DNA of 64,000 bases from an uncultured Verrucomicrobiae bacterium (GTDB lineage: Bacteria > Verrucomicrobiota > Verrucomicrobiia > Chthoniobacterales > JAFAMB01), in the NCBI GenBank assembly GCA_963837955.1, contig CAWIPH010000001.1:288001-352000 (forward strand). The letters are read 5' to 3'. Shown here one piece after another: positions 1 through 10,071 of the stretch. The stretch's first letter is position 1. Every line of letters begins with the position of its first letter. The notes under the pieces are model-generated. The model searched no databases, was not told the origin of the DNA, and worked only from the letters and a program-made list of their open reading frames with translations. The position numbers were made by a program, and so were the translations under genes.

Positions 1-204
1 ATGGCGGGAAAGTTCCGCAAGAATTGCTGAAGTTCTAAAGGGCAAGAGTCCGCAAATAGGATACCGGAAAGAGGCAAGCAGGGATCGCAATTCGCCGCAG
101 CGCCAGGTCGATCAACACCATGCGTGCGCGGCGGCGGGGTAGTATTTCGTTGCCCATCACCCGTATGGAGTTGGGTTCCGGAGAGATGCCAAGCGGCTAA
201 GGCA

Positions 205-736
205 ATCAATCCCGGAGGGATGCCATGAAAGTAGCCCAGTACGAAGTGCTGGGAAAAATGAAGGAAAAGACGGCCCGTCCCGCAGGGACGATCGAAACGA
301 TCAATTATTGGCCTCCAATGTGACTTTACGAGCCTGAGCGGAGGTCGATCGTCCCTTCCGGGACGAATACGTTTTAAAAAACGCGACCCAGTACGAAGTT
401 CTGGGAAATGAAGGAAAGACGGCCTGTCCCGACAGGGACGATCGAAACGATCATTTATTGGCCTCCAATGTGACTGTACGAGTCTAAGCGGAGGTCGATC
501 GTCCCTTCCGGGACGAATACGTTTTAAAAAACGCGACCCAGTACGAAGTTCTGGGAAATGAAGGAAAGACGGCCTGTCCCGACAGGGACGATCGAAACGA
601 TCATTTATTGGCCTCCAATGTGACTGTACGAGCCCTAGCGGAGGTCGATCGTCCCTTCCGGGACGGATACGTTTTAAAAAACACGACCCAGCACTGAAGT
701 GCTGGGCTACTTTCATGGCATCCCTCCGGGATTGAT
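205..736. repeat. Composite palindromic repeat (family A): perfect 35-bp terminal inverted repeats enclosing 3 tandem ~150-bp units
   Basis: ATCAATCCCGGAGGGATGCCATGAAAGTAGCCCAG (205-239) is the reverse complement of 702-736; the CCCAG...CTGGG hairpin recurs at 235, 387, 537 and 687. Confidence 0.9.
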
Positions 737-882
737 CGCTTCACCTCATGGCGGACAGGTGCGATCCCAATCCCGAGCCCTGATGTTGGCGCACCCTACC
801 ACTCCATTTGAGGAACACCACAGAGCCCGCCTTGACGTAGGTTTTGCGGAGTCGAGTTGTGATCCCTCTCCGCTTCGAGCCC

Positions 883-1101
883 CTACCCTAACCGATAGAC
901 GATGCGCGCCTTATCGAGATCGTACGGCGACATTTCCACTTTGACCCGATCGCCTACGGTAAGACGAATGAATCGTTTGCGCATCTTGCCCGAAATGTGA
1001 GCAAGCACAAGGTGCCGGTTTTCAAGTTCGACCCGGAACATGGTCCCGGGAAGCACACTAACAATTTTTCCTTCAGTAACAATTTGACTTTCGGTCGGCA
1101 T
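883..1101 (-). CDS. infA: Translation initiation factor IF-1
   Basis: [19 protein letters not shown]...[41 protein letters not shown] at 1101 preferred over the longer ORF start. Confidence 0.95.
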   Translation of the reverse strand: MPTESQIVTEGKIVSVLPGTMFRVELENRHLVLAHISGKMRKRFIRLTVGDRVKVEMSPYDLDKARIVYRLG

Positions 1102-1530
1102 AATTTTTTCACTCACGACATGTGAGTTTCGACTCACAGGCCGGATATCAGAACACTTGCCGGTCGATCGCTCCCAACGTTCACCGGCAAGAAAGGCGAG
1201 GCATCGGCCTCGCCTGAAAAACCAGAGGCGGTACGCCTCTACTACATTTCGAATCCGCGATACAGGTTCATCCCGGATTGGCAGGGGCCTAGATTCGGCT
1301 AAATTCGCGTTTATTGCAACGAGTTACTGAAAAAGGACCATAGGATAAGGAGCCGATGGGTCTCTCGCATCCGATTACGCAAACCCGTCCCGCGCCAAAG
1401 GCTTTGGCGAACGCGGAGGCTGCATCGTGGCTAACCATCTGGAGATGCGCAGTTTAACGCTGACCCACATCAGAAGACGCCCGCGAGCTCGCGGCTGGAC
1501 TTCTCCAGGTTCGTCGCGAGATTAGAAGCC

Positions 1531-2868
1531 GTGGAGGATCTTTTCGAAAAAGAGCCGGCGTCTCCGACGGCTCACGCGCCTCTGGCTGCACGGATGCGAC
1601 CGCGGTCGCTCGATGAATATGTTGGCCAGCGTCACATTCTCGGAGAAGGCAAGTTGCTCCGGAGAGCGATTGAGTCCGATCGTCTGACTTCGATTATTCT
1701 TTATGGTCCCCCCGGGGTCGGGAAGACGAGTCTCGCCCAGGTTATCGCCTCGGCAACGCAGAGCCATTTCGAGCGGCTCAGTGGCGTGGAAAGTTCCGTT
1801 AACGATATTCGGCGGACAATCGCCAGTGCGGGCTTACGTCTGAAAAATCGCGGCACCCGCACGATCTTATTCGTCGACGAGATTCATCGTTTCAACAAGG
1901 CACAGCAGGATGTCCTCCTACCAGATGTTGAGAGCGGCCTGCTTCGACTGATCGGGGCGACAACTCACAATCCTTTTTTTTACGTTAACCCGCCGCTGGT
2001 ATCGCGTTCGCAGATCTTTCAACTTGAGCCTTTGTCCCGCCAAGATCTGATAGATCTGATGGAGCAGGCACTGCGTGACGAAGAACGCGGGCTGGGGAAG
2101 TTTCCCATTGAAGTTGATCCGGTGGCTCTTCGCTTCCTCGCGGACGTGAGCGAAGGGGACGCGCGTCGATGTCTGAATGCACTGGAAATCGCGGTGCTGA
2201 CGACCGCTCCTTCGCCAGACGGCAAAATTCGGGTCACTCGCGAAGTGGCGGCGGAAAGCATTCAAAAAAAAGCGATCGTCTACGACGCCAACGAGGGCGA
2301 ACACTACGACACAATTAGCGCGTTTATTAAGAGCATGCGTGGGTCCGACCCGGATGCTGCACTCTATTGGCTAGCAAAAATGCTGTACGGCGGAGAGGAC
2401 ATCCGATTTATCGCTCGCCGGATTGTGATCGCGGCAAGCGAAGATGTCGGGATGGCTGATCCGCAAGCGTTAGTCGTTGCGGTCGCCGCACAACACGCCG
2501 TTGAATTTGTCGGTCTACCGGAAGCGAGGATCCCGCTAGCCCACGCCACGGTGTACATCGCAACCGCACCGAAAAGCAATCGCGCTTACATTGCTCTGGA
2601 ACAGGCTACCGAAGACATCAAGCAAGGGCGTGTCTTAGCAGTACCAAAATACCTCCGGGGCGGCGGCAGCAAACTACTCGGGGAAGGGGAAGGATATAAG
2701 TATTCACACGACTTCGAAGGTGGCTACGTGCCCCAGGCCTACCTCCCCGAAGGCCGGCGTTACTATGAACCGAGCGATATCGGCTTCGAGCGCCGGATAA
2801 AAGAGCGTTTGGACTACTGGCGTTCGCAGTTTGAAGCCGCCCAAAAAAACGAAGCGGACGGAGCATAA
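1531..2868 (+). CDS. rarA: Replication-associated recombination protein A (RarA/MgsA AAA+ ATPase)
   Basis: PLAARMRPRSLDEYVGQ, Walker A GPPGVGKT, FVDEIHRFNKAQQD, HYDTISAFIKSMRGSDPDAALYWL. Confidence 0.93.
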   Translation: MEDLFEKEPASPTAHAPLAARMRPRSLDEYVGQRHILGEGKLLRRAIESDRLTSIILYGPPGVGKTSLAQVIASATQSHFERLSGVESSVNDIRRTIASAGLRLKNRGTRTILFVDEIHRFNKAQQDVLLPDVESGLLRLIGATTHNPFFYVNPPLVSRSQIFQLEPLSRQDLIDLMEQALRDEERGLGKFPIEVDPVALRFLADVSEGDARRCLNALEIAVLTTAPSPDGKIRVTREVAAESIQKKAIVYDANEGEHYDTISAFIKSMRGSDPDAALYWLAKMLYGGEDIRFIARRIVIAASEDVGMADPQALVVAVAAQHAVEFVGLPEARIPLAHATVYIATAPKSNRAYIALEQATEDIKQGRVLAVPKYLRGGGSKLLGEGEGYKYSHDFEGGYVPQAYLPEGRRYYEPSDIGFERRIKERLDYWRSQFEAAQKNEADGA

Positions 2869-3060
2869 CGCCGACGGCGCCGGCTTGTCCGACGAAGCCT
2901 TCCGGAGTTTAAACGACGGAGCGAAGTCGGAGAACGCCGGCAACGCCGGGAGCGCCGACCTGTCCGACGAAGCTCCTCCGCTACATCTGCGACGTCTCAA
3001 GGATCAGCGAAGTCGGAAGCCTTCCGGAGTCTCAGACGACGGAGCGAAGTCGGATACGCC
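2867..3060. repeat. Cluster of CTTGTCCGACGAAG...GCGAAGTCGGA micro-elements among AACGCCGG-type short repeats
   Basis: Related copies at 41623-41688, 44062-44127, 45511-45590, 57799-57885 and 63619-63686. Confidence 0.8.
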
Positions 3061-3133
3061 GTCACGCCGTCACCCTCCCCCGTCCCGCGGCTTGAGTTTT
3101 TCGGCTGAACCAATTATTACTGCTGCACCCTAA

Positions 3134-5038
3134 GTGCCTCAGTTTCCGCGCAATCGAACGATTTTTTCTTGGTTTAGCTTTTTGATCGCCGCAATTCTGT
3201 TCGGCGGAATGGCTTGGATTCAGGTTCGACTCGGCGGAACTCGTCCAGCGTACGCGTATCCCGGCTATCTGTTGGTTGGAAGCGCCGGTGTGCTAAGTGT
3301 TCTCGGTATCGGTTTCAAACGCAGCGTGCCCAATTGGACTACCCTCCTTGGGACCTCTCTTTTTTTTGGTTACCTCCTGGTTCGCACCTGGTTTTCACCA
3401 CTTCAGTTTCTAGCCAACGCGAACCTGTTCCTGATCCTCGCTGCACTTATTAGCTATTTTCTGAGCGCAGCTTTTTTTACGGGCCTACATCAACGTCTTC
3501 TCCTGATCAGCGGATTTCTGCTGTTGGAAATTGGCCATCTCTGGGTGGGAATGATTCAGTACATTTTTGGAGAGAATTTTCTGCCATTTGGTTACGTCCG
3601 GCCGGATTACGGGGCTCGCGCGAGCGGGTTTTACGTCTGCCCCAATCATTTCGCGGGATTTCTCGAGAGTTTGGCGCTATTAGCTTTAGCGCTCGCCCTA
3701 TTCGCACGTTTGCAAATTTGGACGCGTATCGTCTTGATCTATCTGGCGGGCGCCGCCTTAGCCGGAGTCCTGATTTCCGGCAGCAGAGGCGGCTATCTCA
3801 GTACGGGCGCAGGGCTCCTATTGTTGGTGGTTTATGGCGTCTACCACTCCTACCGGGCCGCCCCATCTCGTTTTCGACAACTCTTACTCGGCGCAACCGG
3901 TGGTGGATGCCTGGCTTTACTTTTGGGATTCGTTTTCGTCGCTCGGAGCGATCTTTTAACTCAGCGGTTCGGTCTAATCGTCGAGTCGAAAGATTTACGG
4001 CCACGCCTTTGGCAGGCAGCTCTTCAGGAATTTACTGTAAATCCATCAATCGGGACGGGAGCAGGAACCTACTTGGTCTATGGCCGGAAATTTCGCGATC
4101 CATCGATCCAGACAGATCCGGTTTACGCCCATAACGACTATGTCCAACTACTGGGCGAATACGGAGCGATTGGTGCAGTCCTCCTCATTACCTTCGTCGC
4201 CGTTCATCTCGGCAGTGCCTGGAAATTTGTTCGTCGAATGCTGCGTTGGCTACGAGAAAACGGAGAGGCTTTCAGTTCGTCGCTCGCATTAGTCGTCGGG
4301 GCCGGTCTGGGAATTGTTGCCTTAGCGGTGCATTCGTCTTTTGATTTTAATTTGCAGATCCCGGGAAACACCCTGTTTGTAGCGTTCTTGTTTGGGATTT
4401 TGGCGAATCCGGGCGTTCAGTGGAACAAAGACCGAAAAGAGCCTCGATTGCTTGCTTGGATCTGGCGAATCATCCCGGTTCTTCTAGGTCTAATCTTGAT
4501 CGGTTCGATCTGGCCACGTTGGCCCGGCGAAGACGAAGCCGAAGCCGCGCGATCGGCCTTTTTCAAGCGCTCCTACGCGCTCGCAATTTATCACGCCCGC
4601 AAAGCAGCCGACTTCGGAAATGAAGATCCTGATACGTTTTATTATCTGGGTGAATCGAGACGCCAACTCGGCAATCAATTTACCGGTACTACCCAACAAG
4701 ACTTGTTGTCCGCGGCCGCTGAAGCTTTCGATCAGGGATTGAACTATTTCCCCATGGATGAACGATTGCTGGTGAAAGGAGGCCTCAATCTATCGCAACT
4801 AGGCGACTTTGCCGGAGCGGATGCGCTTTTCGCTCGAGCTCTTGATTGGAGTCCAAAGCTGGCTCAAGTCTATGCCTTCTATGGCTCGCGCCTCCAACTC
4901 GAAGGAAGGAATGAAGAGGCGGCCATCGCCTATCGGCATTCAAACAAGCTGCAGGCCAACCAAATCGCGACAATAGGATTGGACCAAACGCTTGAAGCAA
5001 TAAACACTACAAAACCGGCAGAAAGCCCAACTCCGTAG
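3134..5038 (+). CDS. O-antigen ligase family membrane protein with C-terminal TPR-like region
   Basis: Many TM segments, RASGFYVCPNHFAG, ISGSRGG, AHNDYVQLLGEYG; helical C-terminus. Confidence 0.8.
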   Translation: MPQFPRNRTIFSWFSFLIAAILFGGMAWIQVRLGGTRPAYAYPGYLLVGSAGVLSVLGIGFKRSVPNWTTLLGTSLFFGYLLVRTWFSPLQFLANANLFLILAALISYFLSAAFFTGLHQRLLLISGFLLLEIGHLWVGMIQYIFGENFLPFGYVRPDYGARASGFYVCPNHFAGFLESLALLALALALFARLQIWTRIVLIYLAGAALAGVLISGSRGGYLSTGAGLLLLVVYGVYHSYRAAPSRFRQLLLGATGGGCLALLLGFVFVARSDLLTQRFGLIVESKDLRPRLWQAALQEFTVNPSIGTGAGTYLVYGRKFRDPSIQTDPVYAHNDYVQLLGEYGAIGAVLLITFVAVHLGSAWKFVRRMLRWLRENGEAFSSSLALVVGAGLGIVALAVHSSFDFNLQIPGNTLFVAFLFGILANPGVQWNKDRKEPRLLAWIWRIIPVLLGLILIGSIWPRWPGEDEAEAARSAFFKRSYALAIYHARKAADFGNEDPDTFYYLGESRRQLGNQFTGTTQQDLLSAAAEAFDQGLNYFPMDERLLVKGGLNLSQLGDFAGADALFARALDWSPKLAQVYAFYGSRLQLEGRNEEAAIAYRHSNKLQANQIATIGLDQTLEAINTTKPAESPTP

Positions 5039-5059
5039 TGTCTCTACATTAGTACTTCT

Positions 5060-6859
5060 ATGAAAAGCTTCTTCGCTTCATTTTTCGGAACCATTTTCGC
5101 CATAGTGCTGCTCACTGTCGGGGGATTTTTTCTGCTGATTGGCATCCTCTCTCTGATCGGATCAGCGAGTAAGGGACCTACGGTAGAAAACAGAAGCGTG
5201 CTGGTGATTGACCTGGCCGTCCCGATCTCTGACGCCCCAGCCGAGTTCACAACATCAGAACTGGTTTCAGAGTTATCGGGTCAGGAGAATCAGCGCGTCA
5301 CCTTGCGCGAAGTGCTACGCAGTATTTCGCTGGCTGCCACCGACGATCGCGTCTCAGCCATTTTTCTGACCGGAAATGTGACACCGGTCGGTTACTCTTC
5401 TGGATTGGCAGCGCTTCGCGAAATTCGCGACGCTCTCGTCCGGTTTAAGCAATCGAAGAAGCCAGTCTATGCCTACCTGATGGTCCCTTTTACCAGGACC
5501 TATTACGTCGCTTCGGTAGCGGACAAAATCTATCTCGATCGCGAAGAAGGAATGGCCGTGACCGGCCTTGTTTCTGAACAACTCCGTTTCGCTTCACTGC
5601 TCAAAAGATTCGGGATTGGCATTCAGGTCTCCAAACAGGGGAAGTACAAGTCCGCTGTCGAACCATATGTGTTGGACACCAGCAGCCCTGAAAATACGGA
5701 GCAAGTCCAAGCTTTACTCTTCGACTTCTGGAGCGAAATCACCACTGGCATCGAACAAGCTCGCGGCATACCGCCAGGGACCGTGCAGCAACTGATTACA
5801 GAAAAAGGGCTCATCGATGCCGATACCGCGTTGCAACAAAAACTCGTGACCGATGTGGAACCCCTCACATCAGTCATGGATGAGCTAAAACAGAAATACG
5901 CCGAAGATAGTAAGAACAACACCTTTCGCCAGATCACGGTAGCGAATTACTTAGCTGCTTTCGACGGCCGAGTTCGCAGCGCTGAAAAGGGATCTAAGGT
6001 CGGAGTCATTTACGCAGAAGGTGAAATCGTGGACGGCGAAGGAGATTCGAGCACCATTGGCGGCGATAAACTCGCTCGGGCTGTGCGCAAGTTCCGTTTC
6101 GATCCGGACATCAAAGCGATCGTCTTGCGAGTAAACAGTCCTGGTGGCAGCGGCCTGGCGTCTGAAGTCATCCGGAGCGAGTTGGAATCGACGCAGAAGT
6201 TAAAACCAATCGTGGTTTCCATGGGAACGGTCGCCGCCTCCGGAGGCTACTGGATCGCGACCACGGCAAGTCGAATTTTTGCAGAGCCAGGGACGATCAC
6301 CGGCAGTATTGGCGTATTCGGCTTGTTACCCAATGTGCAAAAATTAGCGAACGATCATGGTGTCTACTGGAATCCCATTGAAACGGCACCGTATTCAGAC
6401 CTTTTCTCGATTTCCCGGCCAAAAACCGACGCGGAGCTGGCTGTGTTCCAGAGAACGATCGACCACATGTACGACGACTTTTTGAAGCATGTTTCTGATG
6501 GGCGACACCTTCCGGTGGACGCCGTGAAAGAGATCGCTCAGGGACGGGTCTGGTCGGGTACCCAGGCAATCAAGCTGCATCTGGTAGATGAAATTGGCGG
6601 CCTGCAAGCAGCGATCTCCTATGCCGGCACACTCGCGAATCTCGGCGATACTCCCAGGATTGCCGAGTACCCCGCAAAAAAGGATCTGAACGAGAGACTC
6701 AAAGAGCTTTTTAAGAGCACCGAGCGTCCTCCGGTATCGAAACTCGATCCCCTAAGTCGCGAGCTCAAAGCGCTCGAAACTGATTTACAAACATTGACTC
6801 ATCTCAATGACCCTCAAGGCGTATACGCGCTATTGCCATTCGGCATCGAGTGGCGGTAG
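5060..6859 (+). CDS. sppA: Signal peptide peptidase SppA (long, 67K type)
   Basis: GKYKSAVEP, VLRVNSPGGS, SMGTVAASGGYW, TITGSIGVFG, IAQGRVWSG. Confidence 0.93.
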   Translation: MKSFFASFFGTIFAIVLLTVGGFFLLIGILSLIGSASKGPTVENRSVLVIDLAVPISDAPAEFTTSELVSELSGQENQRVTLREVLRSISLAATDDRVSAIFLTGNVTPVGYSSGLAALREIRDALVRFKQSKKPVYAYLMVPFTRTYYVASVADKIYLDREEGMAVTGLVSEQLRFASLLKRFGIGIQVSKQGKYKSAVEPYVLDTSSPENTEQVQALLFDFWSEITTGIEQARGIPPGTVQQLITEKGLIDADTALQQKLVTDVEPLTSVMDELKQKYAEDSKNNTFRQITVANYLAAFDGRVRSAEKGSKVGVIYAEGEIVDGEGDSSTIGGDKLARAVRKFRFDPDIKAIVLRVNSPGGSGLASEVIRSELESTQKLKPIVVSMGTVAASGGYWIATTASRIFAEPGTITGSIGVFGLLPNVQKLANDHGVYWNPIETAPYSDLFSISRPKTDAELAVFQRTIDHMYDDFLKHVSDGRHLPVDAVKEIAQGRVWSGTQAIKLHLVDEIGGLQAAISYAGTLANLGDTPRIAEYPAKKDLNERLKELFKSTERPPVSKLDPLSRELKALETDLQTLTHLNDPQGVYALLPFGIEWR

Positions 6860-6869
6860 GACGTTAAGT

Positions 6870-7098
6870 CCGGTAGGGACGCGCTCCCGCGCGTCCGTTT
6901 ACGTTTATTTGATCTGCGATTATCGAATTGCGCAACGTTTCGATTCGGACCGGCAGGAGCCGGTCCCTACCGGTCTTGGGCGGGGGACATCCTCCGGTAG
7001 GGACGCGCTTCCGCGCGTCCGCATGCGTTTTCATTGATCTGCGTTTATCGAATTGCACGACGTTTCGATTCGGACCGGCAGGAGCCGGTCCCTACCGG
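6870..7098. repeat. Two tandem GTAG-type REP doublets (REPIN-like)
   Basis: CCGGTAGGGACGCGCTCCCGCGCGTCCG...GGACCGGCAGGAGCCGGTCCCTACCGG at 6870-6973 and 6994-7098; a single related REP at 47679-47704. Confidence 0.85.
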
Positions 7099-8318
7099 TC
7101 CTCTGGCGGGGAGGGCGCACGTCCTCGTGCGCCGCGGATCGCGAGGACGCGATCCCTCCCAAGCTCGATCACCCGCAGATAAATACTCTCCAACTTCTTG
7201 ACCTGTTCGACGTTGTTGAATTTCCTCGCGACCGTTTCCGCGCCCTTTGCTCCGATTGATTCGCGCAAAGGATCGTTTCGGGTGAGTTCCTGCAAGGCAA
7301 GATATACAGCCTCGGGATCCCCCTCATTCACCAAGAGTCCATTCACACCGTCGGTAATCGCCTCCGGGATTCCGCCGTGATAAGTCGATACGCAAGGAAG
7401 ACCGGTGGCCATCGCTTCCAACAAACTGTTGGGCACTCCCTCCCGGTTCCCGTCGACTGTAAGCTCACTCGGATGCAGAAAAATGTGGCTAGAGCAAAAG
7501 AGCCGAGCAAGGCCGGCGGCATCAAGAAAGCCGGTAAAGAACACGTTTCGAGTTATTCCAAGTTGTTCACTTTCGGCCTCGAGTCGCTGGCGCACCGGTC
7601 CATCGCCGGCAATCGTTAGCGTTGCCGCCGGAAACTGTTGTTGAAACTTGGCGAATGCTCGGAGCGTTACTCCCAGACCTTTCTTTTCGATCAATCGGCA
7701 TGCCTGAACCAGCCGCCACGCACCATCAGAAGGTTTTGGTCGACTCTCTTCCGAGAAGAGTTCAAGCGGAATACCCGTTCGATGCACCTGCAGTTTCTCG
7801 GGCGGGCAGCCTCTCTCCCTGAGGGCTTCCGCCAAAGATTCCGACCGCGCCAGCACTAACGCAGCCCGTTGGAAAACCTCACGCAATCGCAGATCAGCGA
7901 GTCGCGAGTTGAACCCGACCTGGACATCGGCTCCATGAAAGGAAACGATCACCGGAACCGGGCTCCTCCTGATAAGCGGCAACCAAAAGATTCCGTTGTT
8001 CCCGAAATAAATATGGAGGAGCGCGGACTTTTGCTCGATCAGCGCCCTTAACAATTCTCGGCATTCCCCAGGAAGAGCCAACTGCGGGCTGCGACGAATC
8101 TGGACATGCCAAATCCGGCGAGCCCACCGGAACGGTGATCTCCTGAGCAGAAACAACTCCGGATAAGGAAAACGATCCGTGTTCTCTCGCTTAAACGCGT
8201 GGACTGCAATTCTGACGTTGGTTGGACCGATAACTTGCCGGTAGACATGCCACATTTCCGGCTTCAGAAACGTCGGGCAAAACACGCTAACCGTCGGAGT
8301 ATTCGAAGCAATCGTCAT
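7092..8318 (-). CDS. Glycosyltransferase family 4 (WcaL-like)
   Basis: VSFHGADV, CRLIEKKG, EGVPNSLLEAMATGLPCVSTYHGGIPE. Confidence 0.88.
   Translation of the reverse strand: MTIASNTPTVSVFCPTFLKPEMWHVYRQVIGPTNVRIAVHAFKRENTDRFPYPELFLLRRSPFRWARRIWHVQIRRSPQLALPGECRELLRALIEQKSALLHIYFGNNGIFWLPLIRRSPVPVIVSFHGADVQVGFNSRLADLRLREVFQRAALVLARSESLAEALRERGCPPEKLQVHRTGIPLELFSEESRPKPSDGAWRLVQACRLIEKKGLGVTLRAFAKFQQQFPAATLTIAGDGPVRQRLEAESEQLGITRNVFFTGFLDAAGLARLFCSSHIFLHPSELTVDGNREGVPNSLLEAMATGLPCVSTYHGGIPEAITDGVNGLLVNEGDPEAVYLALQELTRNDPLRESIGAKGAETVARKFNNVEQVKKLESIYLRVIELGRDRVLAIRGARGRAPSPPEDR
7109..7160. repeat. 52-bp GGGAG-type palindromic repeat
   Basis: Identical copy at 61038-61089, variant at 9952-10003, fragments near 34861 and 35020. 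Confidence 0.85.
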
Positions 8319-8570
8319 CGATTGCCCGAAATGACCGATAGCAGATCGCCAATAGCAAATCTTGGTTAGCGGTAATTGGCTATCGGCTATTCATGTCTCG
8401 GTGCTCTTCGCCGAGCGCTAGGCGTACTTTAGAACAGATCTATTGGAAGGCATTCCAATGCCAAAATGCTCTGCCGCCGCGTGAAACCAGATCACCTCTT
8501 TGCGTCTTGGCGTCTTTGCGTGAGTTTTTCCTCTCCTATTGTGTCTTGGCGTGAGATCCGAGCTGGGCAA

Positions 8571-8597
8571 CAAAAAAGGCCGGACTAGTCCGGCCTT
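8571..8597 (-). terminator. Intrinsic terminator of the 8625-8960 gene
   Basis: AAGGCCGGACTAGTCCGGCCTT palindrome followed by a T-run on the minus strand. Confidence 0.75.
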
Positions 8598-8624
8598 CCA
8601 TCAAAAACGCCTGTGCGCGTCCAG

Positions 8625-8960
8625 TTAGAACGTAATCGAGAACAGCTTCCAATATAATACAGGTTTGCCGCTCGTATCTCGCGGATCTAGTGCAGGTCTT
8701 CCGCTCGTGTCTCGCACATCAGCTGAGACCACCTGCTGACCGCTACCGTAGCTGGCAGGAGCACCTGGGTTCACCAGTTGGTATTTACGGGGTGACGTAA
8801 AGACCTTGTGGAGAATGCTTGAATTGGAGCCCTCTTCAACCGCCGGACGAGGAGGGATCGCTTGCGGCGCATATTTGGGGACATTCGTAAATTCCTGAGC
8901 AAAAGCTGCCCCGGCGCTGAAGCCGAGAAAAGCCAGAGCAAATAACACGTTTTTCTTCAT
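8625..8960 (-). CDS. Small secreted hypothetical protein
   Basis: Signal peptide MKKNVLFALAFLGFSAGAAFA; GGAGAG upstream; terminator downstream. Confidence 0.75.
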   Translation of the reverse strand: MKKNVLFALAFLGFSAGAAFAQEFTNVPKYAPQAIPPRPAVEEGSNSSILHKVFTSPRKYQLVNPGAPASYGSGQQVVSADVRDTSGRPALDPRDTSGKPVLYWKLFSITF

Positions 8961-9061
8961 AGATCGCTCTCCCTAGCTCTTTACGTTAAAGCTGAATGGT
9001 CGGTTTCAAAAGAAAATAATTTGTGGGATGTCTGCCAGGTGCGTTGACGCGTCAGCCAATC

Positions 9062-9679
9062 CTAGTGTCCGCTCGCCCAAGCCGGCAGATGATATCCCCG
9101 CTGAACTAATTCCCCTACCGAGTAAGAAATTATCTTCGGCGAGCCAGAGACAGTCCGGTCAGGCCCAAAAAAATAATCGAAAGTCGCTTTCTGGTCCGGG
9201 TCATCACGATCCAGGGCACCGACTCCCTGTTGAACAAGCTTGTCGCCGTCCACGAAATAGTACTCCAAATCGCTTATCATGTTCGATTGATCCCGGTCCT
9301 GGTTGTCTAGTTCCAGGCTATAAGCCTGAACCAACCCGTCGCGATGTAAGGCCGGAATCGGACCAACGTAGATACCGGCAAAGTCTATCAGCACGTCAGA
9401 ATCGGTTATGCGCCGGAATCCGCCCTCGATCGGAGCATAGGCGATCCATAGCCACGTATTCGGACCTGATTTTCGGTACCAGGTTCCAACGAACACGACC
9501 GGCTTTCCGTTTCCTTCCATATCGACTTCGACGCGCTTAAGCATTAACAAGCGACCGACATTCTCTGCCCGATCCGGCACATTCATGGACAGGTAGTCAG
9601 CGATCGGATCGGTGATAACGGCGCCCGCCCTGACGTTCGTCAGAGCAAGAGTGATGATGAGCAAACTGAGCCGCCACAT
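9062..9679 (-). CDS. Secreted hypothetical protein
   Basis: Signal-like MWRLSLLIITLALTNVRA; ~205-aa ORF; start chosen by inspection. Confidence 0.65.
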   Translation of the reverse strand: MWRLSLLIITLALTNVRAGAVITDPIADYLSMNVPDRAENVGRLLMLKRVEVDMEGNGKPVVFVGTWYRKSGPNTWLWIAYAPIEGGFRRITDSDVLIDFAGIYVGPIPALHRDGLVQAYSLELDNQDRDQSNMISDLEYYFVDGDKLVQQGVGALDRDDPDQKATFDYFFGPDRTVSGSPKIISYSVGELVQRGYHLPAWASGH

Positions 9680-10071
9680 GGTCAGCGAAATAGATTCAGA
9701 ATCGTGCCCGTTGTCCACCCGGATGCAGAATTCAGAATTTAGAATTTGGAATGGAGTCGGGATCGGTTGCGGTCCGCGACAGCGCTGAGGCGGTGCTGAC
9801 CAACCTCGTCGAGTTTTCGCCTTACCGATCGCGCGCCTTGTTCCAACGTCGGTAGGGCGAAAATTTATTTGAGCCGGAAACCCCTGAGCGGCTCACACAA
9901 GAGCGTTTTGATTGTGCCATGCGGACCAACATAAGGCGATGTCCCGAACGCGGGAGGGATCGCGTCCTCGCGATCCGCGGCGCACGAGGACGCGATCCCT
10001 CCCCGCCGAACCGTTCCGCTTTCAGAGAGGCCATTTTCATTCGTGGCCATTTCGTGGTTTAGAAGAATCCG

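Noticed and set aside
235..706. CRISPR-like appearance of the periodic repeats (also 10855-11185)
   Set aside because: The period is 150+ bp, the intervening sequences are near-identical within a locus and homologous between loci, and there are no cas genes.
2704..3133. ORFs over the micro-element cluster (also 10673-11529, 41503-41766, 44263-44577, 45399-45863)
   Set aside because: They translate repeat DNA; the same peptide strings recur at unrelated loci.
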